A program made the position numbers and the translations under genes. Below, piece by piece: positions 51,742 through 63,465 of a stretch of DNA of 64,000 bases (the stretch's first letter is position 1; every line of letters starts with the position of its first letter). The notes beneath the pieces were generated by a model, which did no database searches, was not told the origin of the DNA, and saw nothing but the letters and a program-made list of their open reading frames with translations. The stretch lies in the NCBI GenBank assembly GCA_002104905.1, contig MCFE01000208.1:1-64000 (forward strand), in the 5' to 3' direction. Source of the DNA: Basidiobolus meristosporus CBS 931.73 (lineage: Eukaryota > Fungi > Basidiobolomycota).

Positions 51742-53283
51742 TTATTGAGTAGCCACACAACTCAAGAACCTACTCATGATTTGCGCTTTCTCTTCCGATG
51801 TATCGGCAAAGAAATGGTAAACCTCATTGGGAGAGAACTCTACTCTAAAACTGTTGGGGATTAGCACTTCGCTTCGTGCATCCTCAATACGGTTGATCCC
51901 GACACCGAGGTCAATGCTGGAGAGTGGGTATTTGTCCTTGGCATCGCGGTACAAGTACAAAGTGTTGCCACGAAGTGCGAACCATCTGCGTTTCCAGAAC
52001 TAAGCCTTAGTGTTAGTGACGATACGCCAAGATTAGAGCATGACTTAGTAACTTACATAGACGCCGCCACCTTGTACAGTGATATATCCGGTCAAAGAGG
52101 TTCCCTAGAGTACCGAAGATTATGGTGGTTAGCGCCACTCGAAAGCGCAGTCATCCAATTCCAAATAAACCTACGTTTCCTAAATTCTCGGACTCTAAGA
52201 CCTGGTTCATCAAATCCTCTCGCTTCTTCAGGTTTTCTTCCAAAATTCTATCGGTCTCCAAAGACTTGGGATCCTTGGTCGGTTCTTCAGGTATACCAGC
52301 TCCATTGGGTATGGCTTGTTGGCTGCTGTTAGGGGTATCGTCGAGGGATCTAGATTCTTGCGAAACCTCCTGCTCAATAAAATGCTCAGACTGATTATCT
52401 GGGGTTAGTGCTTCCACTGGAGAGACAAACTCCTCCTCAGCGTCTTCAGCCTCAACGTCGTCACCTGGACGAGGTGCAGGGATAGGGGGTAATTCGGTGG
52501 TTGGGGCGGCAGCAGAAGCTTTTTCGATCTCTGGAGGTGCTTCTACTTGAGGTGCCACAGGAGGCTCCTCAACCGTGTTTGAGGCAACCTCAACAGGTGG
52601 CTGACTCTCGCTATTGTCGGGAGCCAACTCAGCGCTTTTTGGGCGGATACGTGCGAGTATGTTGCTTTCAGTCAAGTCTGCAAGACTCGAAGCAGTGAAA
52701 TATACGTCATGCTTCTAGATGGTGGTATTATGTTAGATTTCTATGCGTTAAACAGAGCATATGATTTATCTCACGCTCAGCATAGTAGCAACATGCTTGC
52801 CGTGAACAAAAGCACGTGCTATAAACGGGATATTATTAGTAGTGAAGGCGGTGCAAGCAGTACTTGCGAAGACACCACAAGGCTGTACCTCTACGGATTC
52901 CACTATACACAATAGAATAATATAAGCCACAAATATAGAGAGGTCGCTTGAATCCCAAGGAAGCTATGAATAGCCAAAGTTACCTGACGTTCTCACTGAT
53001 GTAAGTAACAAAGATGAGGTTGTTTTCGAAGTTGAGGTAACCATAGAGAACCTCGTCGGTAAGATGAGCCTTGAACTCCTCTAGGCCGCCAGCTCCCTTG
53101 GTGTATAGAGATATTGTGTCTCTACTATCATGGTATCCGAGTATCAACCTAGAGACAACAAGCCAGATAAGTTACGTACAAGCATAGGTAGACACAAGCA
53201 CGTACGTACCAGTTGGCGCCTTGGCCTGTGGCCACCTCTTCATAAGCGGGTGCTATGGCTGGGTCAGATAAGTCGCAAGACAT
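51742..53283 (-). CDS. Actin-associated protein: N-terminal ADF-H domain, acidic Pro/Glu linker, C-terminal PH domain; multi-exon
   Basis: Spliced MSCDLSDPAIAPAYEEV...NWLILGYHDSRDTISLYTKGAGGLEEFKAHLTDEVLYGY...FVTYISENVSGIRRARAFVH (drebrin/Abp1/coactosin-type ADF-H); then LSGYITVQ...FWKRRWFALRGNTLYLYRD...PNSFRVEF...YHFFADTSEEK (PH). Confidence 0.82.
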
Positions 53284-54105
53284 TTGAGATGGTTTTAAGA
53301 TAAGATGTGTATAGGTTGAAGAATGCTTTATCTTTCATATGTATGCTATATCTGAAACTAGGTAAATGATCCCCTGGATAACTCCCTACGACTCCTCAAA
53401 ATCAAATCACATCGAATAGAATGTAGTCCAATACAGCGTCGGTGACCTTCTATTCTTAAAAACCGCTTTGGTGGTCTTAATCCTCTGTGATACCAGATGG
53501 CAGGCAGATCAGGATGATTAATCCGCCATTGGGATATTTAAGGTAACCATAATTACCCTCGTTGCATGACCCAAATGAATACTATTGTGACCATAATCTA
53601 AATGAAATCATTGATTTGTGCTTGCACTAAGGATGACCATCACCAAAGTGCCAGCACCCTTGGGTCCCACGAGTGAACGGCAATTGGATGCCTGGGATAT
53701 CAGGCAATCTCCGCTTCAGAATGGGGTGGTGCTGAGATGCGTTGTGACCGCTGCTATCGAGCGATCCGCACCTGAGCACTGCGGGGGGACGAGAGGATCG
53801 TTGTTAACGAGTCGCTGGCAAATCATGGTTGCTCACAACTGATTCCAAGGCATCTCAGCATTGTTTGGCAATTTCGGGAAAAACCAAACAATCACTTCAT
53901 GATCTCCACCACCATAGCAGATAATTTTTCTAGTCTACCCATTTGGGCCAATTTCAGGCGAGGACGTCAACATAAAAGTAAACACTGAAAAAACGCCATT
54001 GGTCCTATAAAAATTTGAAAAATCATTCAACAATAGCCTCTCCTATATACTCGGACAGTTCTTTGTTTTGCCAACAACACTCAGAGCGCGCACCTCCAGG
54101 ATACA

Positions 54106-54991
54106 ATGAGTATCGTCAACATAACCAATGTCCAGGTGTTGGACAATCCCACCTTGTTTCGCAATCCTTACCAGTTCGAAGTTACCTTCGAGTGCATCGC
54201 TCCTTTACAAGATGGTATTTTGTTTCCCAGACTTCTCTGAGCTTTGCATCACATCACTCACTTTACTCTGTCAAGACCTCGAGTGGAAGCTTATCTATGT
54301 GGGCTCGGCGGAGAACCTTCAGTTCGATCAAGTTCTTGATTCCATTCTTGTTGGCCCGGTTCCGGTAGGCGTCAACAAGTTTGTATTCCAGGTAAACCAC
54401 CACGTAGTATATTGTACTGTGCCCAGGCCTGACTGTTGTTGCCATGTTTTTAGGCTGAACCACCCAAACCCGAGCTCATCCCACACGAAGACATTCTTGG
54501 CGTCACAGTTATTCTTCTGACCTGCTCATACCGAGAGCGCGAGTTTGTCCGCGTTGGCTACTATGTGAACAATGAATACATGGATGAGGAGCTGAAAGAG
54601 AACCCCCCAGAGAAGATTGAGTTCGACAAACTCTACCGTAACATACTCGCCGAGAAGCCGCGTGTCACTAGGTTCCCTATTGCATGGTTGGTGGTTCTTT
54701 ATTGATCTTCTTGAAACGTAGGCTAACCGTTTGTACAGGGATAATCCAGAGGCTGAGGTCTCTGAAAAGCCGGAAGAAAACGGGGAGAAGATCGAAGAAG
54801 CCAGTGGCCTAGACGAGGATCCCATGGAGGAGGAGGAGGAGATCGAGGAAGACGAAGAGGAGGAAGAGGAGGGAGAGGACGCCGAAGAGGAGGAATTAAT
54901 AGACGAGGAGGATATCGAGGAGGAGGAGGACCTCGATGACGACGAAGGCGCTGATGGGGAGCCAAGTAAGGACGAGCCTTCCCAGGAATAG
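54106..54991 (+). CDS. ASF1: Histone H3/H4 chaperone Asf1; multi-exon
   Basis: [15 protein letters not shown]...[26 protein letters not shown]...[22 protein letters not shown]...[21 protein letters not shown]...[16 protein letters not shown], with a long acidic tail. Confidence 0.97.
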
Positions 54992-55649
54992 ATCTTTAGT
55001 TTTCTTCATTTTTCAACTTCGTATACTAGCCAACCTCAAATTAATCTCTTTTTAATGTACAATTTTTCCTGCCCCGATGGTCTTTGATACACAAAATTTG
55101 ATGACTGTTCCCCACTACCAAATATATATCGTTTGACTGAATCACGCTGTGGCCCAACACAGGCTCGTAGCTAGCGATTACGCCGAATTCTTGTTCAGGG
55201 TTCGCATGGGTGGTGGTGTCTGGCTTACGGGCTTCATGGGTGCTGATACATCGGATGGAGCACATGGGTGCGTGCCACGATCTCTTACTCGCTTAGAGGG
55301 AGTGGCCTTTACGGGCATGGAATCAGACCAGAGATATTCGATGCTCCGATTCGAGGCAGCTCTGGATATGCCCTGGTTGCTGCATATCCAGCAACACAGG
55401 GTGGGAATGCTGGCCTGCTTGAGCAGCACACGCCTGAAATGAGCGGCCGCCCTCGTATAAGAATGGTGTTTGGTTCGGCACAGTAGGCAGGCCTGTAGTG
55501 TTTATTTTGCCAAGAATATACATTCGTTGCACGATGATGATGGTCCTGATGGTCGGCTGAGGAACGGACTTGGGATTGTTTGGTTCCGTCGTGCCTGAGA
55601 CGAGACACGGAATGTGAGCAACGGTGTGGGTAGAAAGCAGCCCACGTAT

Positions 55650-57670
55650 CTAGTAATTTATCCAGAAGCTCTTCGGAAACAGCTCTCGCATCACCTTCCA
55701 GTGCTCCCACGACGACGTTGTCTGCAGGTTAGGCAGTGGGTTGGAGCGGTCGGTGATGATGCTTACAAAGTTGGAGTCATACGTGGTGTCGACTTTCCAG
55801 CGGGGGTTGTACCGCAGCTGGCTCATCATCTCCGCCCGCATGTTGATTGGGTCATCCTCCTGGATATTCTTGCGCCATCTCAGAGGGTATTGTGATCCGA
55901 AGTAGACCTTCAGAGGGGAGTTTGCATGTTAGCCAGGTCCAGCCGTGAGTCATCACTTTGCCACTCACCAGATTATGCAATGTGTGCCTTTCCTCCCCTT
56001 CGGTGAAGCACAAGATCTCGGGAAATACCTGCTTTAGAGTGTGGGTAATATGGGCCATAGTTAGATTGCCGGGTGCACTAGGCGAGCCTACAAAATTCTT
56101 CATCGATCCGGTCAACCGACACTCAGAACAACGATGACTGGTTGGGTGTGCACTTACCAACGCTAGGATCCCATCAGGCTTCAAGATCCGTTTGATATGT
56201 AACAGCGCCTCTTGAGTGAATAGGCTGGGGGGCACCGAGCCGCCAGTGAAAACGTCGTGAAGAACGTAGTCATAATGGCCGGTTGGCGCGGTTTCAATGA
56301 AGCCTCTACCGTCTTGAAGATATACTTGGGTGGGGGTTGGTAATTGGAAGTAGTTTCTGGCGTATTGATAAACCGTTGGGTTGATCTCTACAACATCCAC
56401 TTCAACTCCTTTTTGTAGCAGCGAAGAGGCGGACACGCCTATTCCTAACCCGCTGAGGTAGGCTCCGTTAGCAACAGTATCCATAAGCGAACTATTGATG
56501 GGGTTTGCGCATGAAATATCACTCACATCTGAAGTGCCTTTTCCTGGCCTGATTGGGGGCGCTTCAAATCCAGAGCAGCTACACAAAGACGTTAAGTTGA
56601 GGCTGGCTGGTGGGTGCATCAGGGAAGCCTAACCAGTACCTTCCATGAAGTAGAAGGAGCCAAAGATGGATTCGTTGGTGTTCAAGTAAATTCCGCCGAT
56701 CAGAGAATGTCCAGCCTTCATGACCCGGATGTTTCTATCCTTCGGTTCCTCTACTACCGATACCCAGCCGAAGTTATTTTCTTCTCTGGCGACAATGCTC
56801 CACTCGGATTCGGGTCGGTTGTGCAGCGTCTAAACGCAAGATTAGATGTGGGAACAGACAGAAGATGATCGCATTACTAACTTCAGATACACCACGTTGG
56901 CATTGTGCTACGTATGAGTTTGTGTAGTATATTGAGGAGATTGCTAGAATGGTCCCTGCCAACAGGAGTCCTTTCTTCATAAGACTTGCTGGCTTTTTCG
57001 GTGCCGTGGCAATATTTGAGGGCCCCCATTTCAATACCAGCGACAAAAAGGTGGAGATTGAAGCAAGTAACAGCGTTCTGTCGCAAGTCGTGTCAAAGCG
57101 AAACAGGTCTCCCCATTTGTTGATCAAGATCAACACGCCCCATAAGTACAATATACTCTTGAACATTTCCATCGATGGACTCAGCAAGTGTGCGAAAGTG
57201 CGTCCTCCAGAAGACGAAGTTAGCCCCACCAAGAAGCAGATGGGATAGACAAAAAACGCTTGATATACGTGAGGTGCGATCCAAGGCCCAAGGGTGTCTG
57301 CCTCACTCAATAGCAGCAAGCCGGGGGTATATGTGCAGCTCAGGAGTACTCCTATCAACGAGTAGCAGTATGGTATAGAGCTTCCTTTAAATTTGGAGAA
57401 GTAGCCAAGAGCAAAGCCTCCGACTAAGCAGGACAAGGTCACTTCATTGTATAGATGCCTTGAGAAGATATTCCCATACAAAGGCTCAGTGTAGCTTGCT
57501 CCTCTTCTAGAGATAAACGTTAAAGTTGCCAGGTTCACTAGAGTGACCAGGGCCAGAGAGGTATTTGACAGAAGTAGCTCGGGGTCTACTTGCACAGCTC
57601 TACGTTCAGCGGGTGGGGTAGGTTTGATTTTGGTGTCGACTTGCTCCTTACGTTGCTTTCGGTTGCTCAT
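55650..57670 (-). CDS. Multi-pass membrane protein with a C-terminal spermidine-synthase-like SAM-dependent methyltransferase fold; multi-exon
   Basis: About 7 hydrophobic segments, then GLGIGVSA...VDVVEINPTV...DGRGFI...YDYVLHDVFTGGSVPPSLFT...IKRILKPDGILALNFVG, ending HWKVMRELFPKSFWINY*. Confidence 0.8.
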
Positions 57671-58209
57671 ATCTAGAATAAAGACCAGGTTATGCCAGCA
57701 ACTTTTCAGATTGTCAGTGGTTTCTTTTATAATTCGCAATTTTGTCATACCGACATTGAACATTGGCATAATATCTCATCTTGATTGCACTGACCCAATC
57801 TGAATTTGCCTGCTACACTGTGCTCCATCAATTTCTCAAGTGTTCGGCCGAATGGTGATCAATGCACAGTCCACGTGTGCTCAGTTAAGGTTTGTTCTTC
57901 GATCAAGCTCCCAAACGGTTCATCACGCGTTATTAACGGGTGGGCAAGTGAGTGACTCAAAAGAAAGCAAAGAACATTGAGTATACCATACATTCCCTTT
58001 ATAGCAATTGAAGACCTGAATGAGGAATTTGACTGCATCTTAAGCAATACGGTATCTGGCATGGTAGGTCTATTGGCCGCCATGAGATGCCACCTTTGAC
58101 GCTTTAGAATTAATGTGGCATCTGACGCAAGCTTAATTACAATGACATGATTTTCCATACTATTGAGGAACAGTTTGTAACATCTGTTCCGAGTATGCTA
58201 GGGTCCTAA

Positions 58210-58781
58210 GAGTAACTTGGATCTATTAGGAGTGTGACTTTTAGATTTGTTGAGTAAAGTATTCAAACAGTTGGCACACATACATGAAGCCATGATGAGA
58301 ATGCTTTATGTACGGCCTTGGGAATTTCCAGGGCTTTCACTTCTAGCCAAGGAGCTTGTGAGCAATATATGAGCTTTTTGGGGATACTGAAAGTGACTGC
58401 ATGATCTAGTAGACCATTTGACTTTTATCAAGATGTGGTCAAAGGAGCTTGAAAGCAATTTGATGTATAACATCAAGAATGTTGTGTTCACTGGTTAATT
58501 GTACAAGCTGAGGCACAGTGTTTATTCTTGTGTGCAGATAGAGATGCATTCAAAGATATCCCTAGAAGCAGTGGGAGATATTCAGAGTCTTTTGCCATCA
58601 CACAATCTCTTAGCAAAAAAGATTTCCTAAACATTGACAAAATGCACACATAATACCAGTAGAAATCCAATTTTCTTTATAGCTGCAACTCTCAGTATAG
58701 GAAGTTTGAGAACAAGCAGATATATATTCTATATGTCACAAGTCATTTATTTATTATTGTATGTAAAGTAGCTGTAGATAC
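58210..58781. repeat. CpG-depleted degenerate sequence left of the Copia element; probable older repeat, unidentified
   Basis: Almost no CpG; the minus strand gives a stop-riddled, protein-like frame. The left boundary is approximate. Confidence 0.35.
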
Positions 58782-59130
58782 GGTTGTAAAAACTTGTAAT
58801 TCCACATAAATATTCACCTAACTTAGTCACTTAGATCATTACCCTCAAATCCTAGAGAATACTAACCAAATTCCTTGTTGGGATTTACTTAGAATATTTT
58901 CTCCAAAATACCAGGTACCCAGAACATAAAAATTCTCAAAGTTGTCCAAACAGCCCCAAACTTTGCACACATGCTCTTGGGACCTTCCTTAAACTATTCT
59001 ATGTGTTTTTAATGCCAAGATCATGTAAAAGTATAAATACTACTTTTACATTCAATAAATCCTTAAGTAAAAACCACATAATCTACTTGTTCTCCAAATC
59101 ACTTCCAATATCTCCAAGACTCTTACAACA
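58782..59130 (+). repeat. 5' LTR (349 bp; initial TG mutated to GG, ends ACAACA)
   Basis: Aligns without gaps to 63117-63465 with about 23 mismatches by eye. Confidence 0.95.
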
Positions 59131-59142
59131 GGTTATGAGCCC
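59131..59142 (+). promoter_or_regulatory. Primer-binding site complementary to the anticodon stem-loop of initiator tRNA-Met
   Basis: GGTTATGAGCCC abuts the LTR. It complements GGGCUCAUAACC of fungal tRNA-iMet, the known Ty5/Drosophila copia priming mode. Confidence 0.88.
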
Positions 59143-62100
59143 CAAGCTGTCACTCTCTGCAATGTCTACTACTGCTATTACTGGAATTTTTCCCTCTGCT
59201 GAAAAGTTGGATGGATCCAACTACCAAGTGTGGAAGGTGAAGATGACGATGCTGCTACAAGAAAGAGGCCTTTGGGATATTGTCATGGGAGAAGAATGCC
59301 CTCCTAAAAATGTGGGAGAGGAAGCCTTAAAGTAACAGAAGAAAGAACAAAGTGCCTTTAACTGCATTTGCCTTAATGTCAAGGACAAATTGCTAATTCA
59401 ATGCTCAAGAGCAAAAACGGCAAAGAATGCCTGGAAAGCATTAGAAGACACCTACCAGTCATGTTCAGCTGCCAAGAAGATGTATCTGAGACAAAAATTC
59501 TTTACTACAAAGATGCTGCCAGGAGAAGAAATGAAATATCTAATTGACAGAATTACCCTGCTGGTAGATGAGATGGAATCTGTGGGCGTACCAACTACTG
59601 ATGAGGATGTGATAGTTACCATCCTGAATAGCCTGACAGACAAGTTTCAGGGCCTTTTATCAGCCCTAGAGTCCAGAACTGAAGATTTGACCTTAAATTA
59701 CGTATATGGAAGGCTCCTGGATGAAGAATTAAGAAAATCAAGCGCCAATAAGAAGGAAGAAGAAAATGCTTTAATAAGCAATGATAACCAACAAAGGAGG
59801 TACCCAAGACCCTACACAGGCAACAGCAACCTGCTTTGTAACTACTGCAAAAGGAAAGGACACACATCAGACCGGTGTCTCAAAAAGAAAGATAATCAGC
59901 AAAAGAAGCCTGAATATGGAAATGCTGAAACAACTGAAGATAGACTATTCATATCTGCACTAAATATGACCGCAAACAAGGACTCTCAGATGTGGTATAT
60001 TGACTCTGGAGCATCTCAACACTTTACACACCAAAAAGAACTTTTTACCCAATATCAAGAAATTCCAATTAAGAAGGTTTTCATGGGTGACAATAGAACA
60101 CTTGATGCAGTGGGAGAAGGAACTATCCAAGTAAACCTTAGAAGCAGTGAAGGAAGCCATACACTGACCTTTAAAGAAGTACTCTATGTACCAGAAATAG
60201 CCAAGAACCTACTCTTTGTAAACAAAGCCATAGCAGAAGGACTCAGTTTCAGTTTTGACAATTCTGGATGCAGGATCATGGATCAAAATGGTGCCCATAT
60301 TGCTTTGGGCATCAGAGATCAGAATCTATACAAGTTGACTTATATTCCATCATATCTGGAAGCCAATATAAGTAACTTAAATGAAGAATCACCAATGCAT
60401 TGGCACAGGAGATTTGGGCACATCAATTTTGATTATTTGCACAAAATGATCAAAGATCAGCTAATTTCTGGAGTGAAAATCAATCCCCCAACTAATTTGG
60501 AGCACTGTGAAGCCTGCATATATGGGAAACAAGCCAGACAACCGTTCAAGAGCTTTGGGTTAATCAAAACCAAGAAAAAATTAGATCTAATTCACTCAGA
60601 TCTGTGTGGACCTATGAAAAATTTATCCTTAGGTGGGATGAAGTATTTAATCACTTTTATTGATGATTATACAAGATACACATGGGTCTACTTCATGGAG
60701 AGAAAGGAAGAAGCTCTGTCTAAGTTCAGGGAGTTTAAAGCCATGGGGGAGAGAGAAACTGGTGAAAAAATCAACAAAATACGCTCTGACAATGGTGGAG
60801 AATATACCTCAAAACTCTTCATCCACTTCTGCAAAGTTCATGGGATAAAGCAAGAGACTACTGTACCATACTCCCCACAGCAAAATGGAGTAGCAGAACA
60901 AGCTAACAGATCAATAACAGATATGGCAAGATCTATGATCCATGATCAAAAATTATCCTATGATTTTTGGGCGGAATCAGTTGCCACTGCTGTATACCTT
61001 AAAAATAGGAGTTATAACAGAATACTTTGTGATTCTACTCCATTTGAAGCATGGCATGGATACAGACCAAGTGCAGAACATCTAAGATTATTTGGGTGTA
61101 CAGCATATGCCAAAAAATTGGCCGGAAATTGGTCAAAATTTTAGCCAAAAAGTATAAAATGCATATTTTTGGGTTACTGCAATGAGAGTAAGGCATACAG
61201 ACTCTACAATACCAAAGCAAAGAAGCTGATCAAGTCCAGGGATGTGTTATTTGATGAAAATTCAAAATTTTCACAAAAAATGACATCAGATGATGACAAA
61301 AATTTGATCTCAAGTCCACCAATTGTCAGAATTGAATCAGAGCAAAACAATGAAATTTTTTTCACTCCAGAGGACTCTACAACCGTGGTTCAGCCTGAAT
61401 TAGTGCCCAAGAATATCCCCAAAGTGATCATTCCAGTATCAAATGCCTGGAGATCCAATTGGACAAGCAATAGCCCAAATTACTATATCAATGAGGGTAC
61501 AAACTTAGCCTATGCCTATTCAGTCCGTATTGATGAGCCCCAGACTGTAAAAGAGGCCCTAAATAGCCCTCAGACAAAGTTTTGGAGATCTGCAATGACT
61601 GAGGAATATCAGGCCCTAATGGAAAATCAAACTTGGAACTTGGTCAAATTACCAATCAACTAAAAATCAATTGGATGCAGATGGGTCTTCAAGACAAAAT
61701 GCAAGGCTGATGGTCCAATTGAAAGATACAAAGCAAGACTTGTAGCCAAAGGATACTCTCAAACAAAAGGACTTGACTATACTGAGACCTTTGCACCGGT
61801 AGCCAAGTTTAATTCCATCAGATTAATATTGGCTATTGCAGCCAAATATAAGTTTTTTATTCATCAAATGGATGTAAAAACTGCATTTTTGAATGGAGAA
61901 CTTGATGAGGATGTGTATATGGACCAGCCTGATGGGTTTGTTGACCTAGATAACCCCCATTTGGTCTGCAAGCTTAAAAGGTCACTATATGGTCTCAAAC
62001 AATCACCAAGAGCCTGGAATTGCAAGATAGATTCTTATTTGGAATCTTTGAGTTTCAAAAGGAGTAATGCTGACAATAGTATATACTATAAGCCAGATAG

Positions 62101-63105
62101 AGCAAATCCAGTCTTATTAGCTCTATATGTGGATGATCTTATTATAGCTGCCAATAACCTAGAAACATTGGAAGAGACTAAATCCAGCCTATCTAAGGAG
62201 TTCAAGATGTCTGATCTAGGAGAATTTAGTTACTACTTGGGGATTAAGTTCTCCATAGACAGAAGTACCCACACTATCACCCTAAGCCAATCCAAGTATA
62301 TTCAAGATATACTAAAGAAGTACCAAATGGAAGACTGTAAACCAGCAGCTATCCCAATGGAGACAAACATTAACTTGGTCAAAACTCAACCAAATCAAGA
62401 GAGCTTGGTGCCATCTGAAAGCCCTGACTTTCCTTGTCAATCTATGATTGGCAGTCTGATGTATATCATGCTTGAAACACGTCCAGATATCTCTTATTCA
62501 GTAGGAGCTGTCAGTCAACATAATCAGAACTATGGATCTGATCATTTTGCAGCAGTTAAGTGGATTTTTAGATACCTAAAAGGAACTGCTGATATCTGCC
62601 TAAGATACACTTATAAGGATTCAGAACAGGATCTTGTGGGATACTCTGATGCTGATTGGGGACCAAAATTGGAAGACAGAAGATCCACCACAGGATACGC
62701 CTTTCTTTACTGTAAAGGAGCAATTTCATGGAATTCAAGAAAGCAACCAACCGTAGCACTTTCCACCACAGAGGCAGAGTATATGGCAGCCTGTGAAGCT
62801 ACAAAAGAAGCAATGTGGCCAAGAACACTTTTTACAGATTTAGGCCTATGTCAAAAAATGCCTATTACTTTATTTCAAGATAATCAAGGATGTATACAAT
62901 AGGTAGAAATCCAACTTTTCATGCTAGAACCAAGCACATAGATATTAGACATCATTTCATATGTGAAGCTATAGAGAATAACTTAGTAAGCTTAGTTTAC
63001 TGTCCTACAGATGAAATGATTGCAGACATATTCACCAAACCATTAGCTAGAGACAAGTTTGAATATCTTAGGTCAAAATTAGGACTAGTCAGTATGGACA
63101 TTTAG
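59135..63105 (+). pseudogene. Copia gag-pol polyprotein with 3 in-frame stops and 1 frameshift
   Basis: Gag LDGSNYQVWK; zinc knuckle CNYCKRKGHTSDRC; protease WYIDSGASQH; integrase WHRRFGH/CEAC, HSDLCGP, SDNGGEY, QNGVAE; [25 protein letters not shown]; RNase H YSDADW, TEAEY, KHIDIRHH, ADIFTKPL. Stops at 59333, 61142 and 61661; frameshift near 62900. Confidence 0.95.
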
Positions 63106-63107
63106 CT

Positions 63108-63116
63108 GAGTGGGAG
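63108..63116 (+). other. Polypurine tract
   Basis: GAGTGGGAG immediately before the TG of the 3' LTR. Confidence 0.85.
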
Positions 63117-63465
63117 TGTTGTAAAAATTCATATTTCCACCTAAATATTCACCTAACTTAGTCACTTAGATCATCACCTTCAAATCCTAGAGAATACTGA
63201 CCAAATTCCTTGTTGGGATATACTTAGAGTATTTTCACCAAAATACCAGGTACCCAGAACATGAAAATTCTCAAAGTTGTCCAAACAGCCCCAAACTTTG
63301 CACACATGTTCTTGGGACCTTCCTTAACCCATTCTATGTGTTTATAATGCCAAGACCATGTAAAAGTATAAACACTACTTTTACAATCAATAAATCACTA
63401 AGTGAAAACCACATAATCTACTTGTTCTCCAAATCACTTCCAATATCTCCAAGACTCTTACAACA
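63117..63465 (+). repeat. 3' LTR (349 bp, TGTTGT...ACAACA)
   Basis: 6-bp terminal inverted repeats TGTTGT/ACAACA; direct repeat of the 5' LTR. Confidence 0.95.

Larger units (their letters stand above)
58782..63465 (+). mobile_element. Full-length Ty1/Copia LTR retrotransposon (copia/Ty5-type priming), inactivated
   Basis: Two 349-bp LTRs, PBS, PPT and the gag-PR-IN-RT-RH domain order. Confidence 0.97.

Noticed and set aside
55342-55371. 10-bp perfect stem CTGGATATGC/GCATATCCAG downstream of two convergent genes
   Set aside because: A single short hairpin with no other supporting features; compatible with chance.
59131-59142. tRNA-Met-like sequence
   Set aside because: It is only the 12-nt complement used as a primer site; there is no cloverleaf and no tRNA gene.
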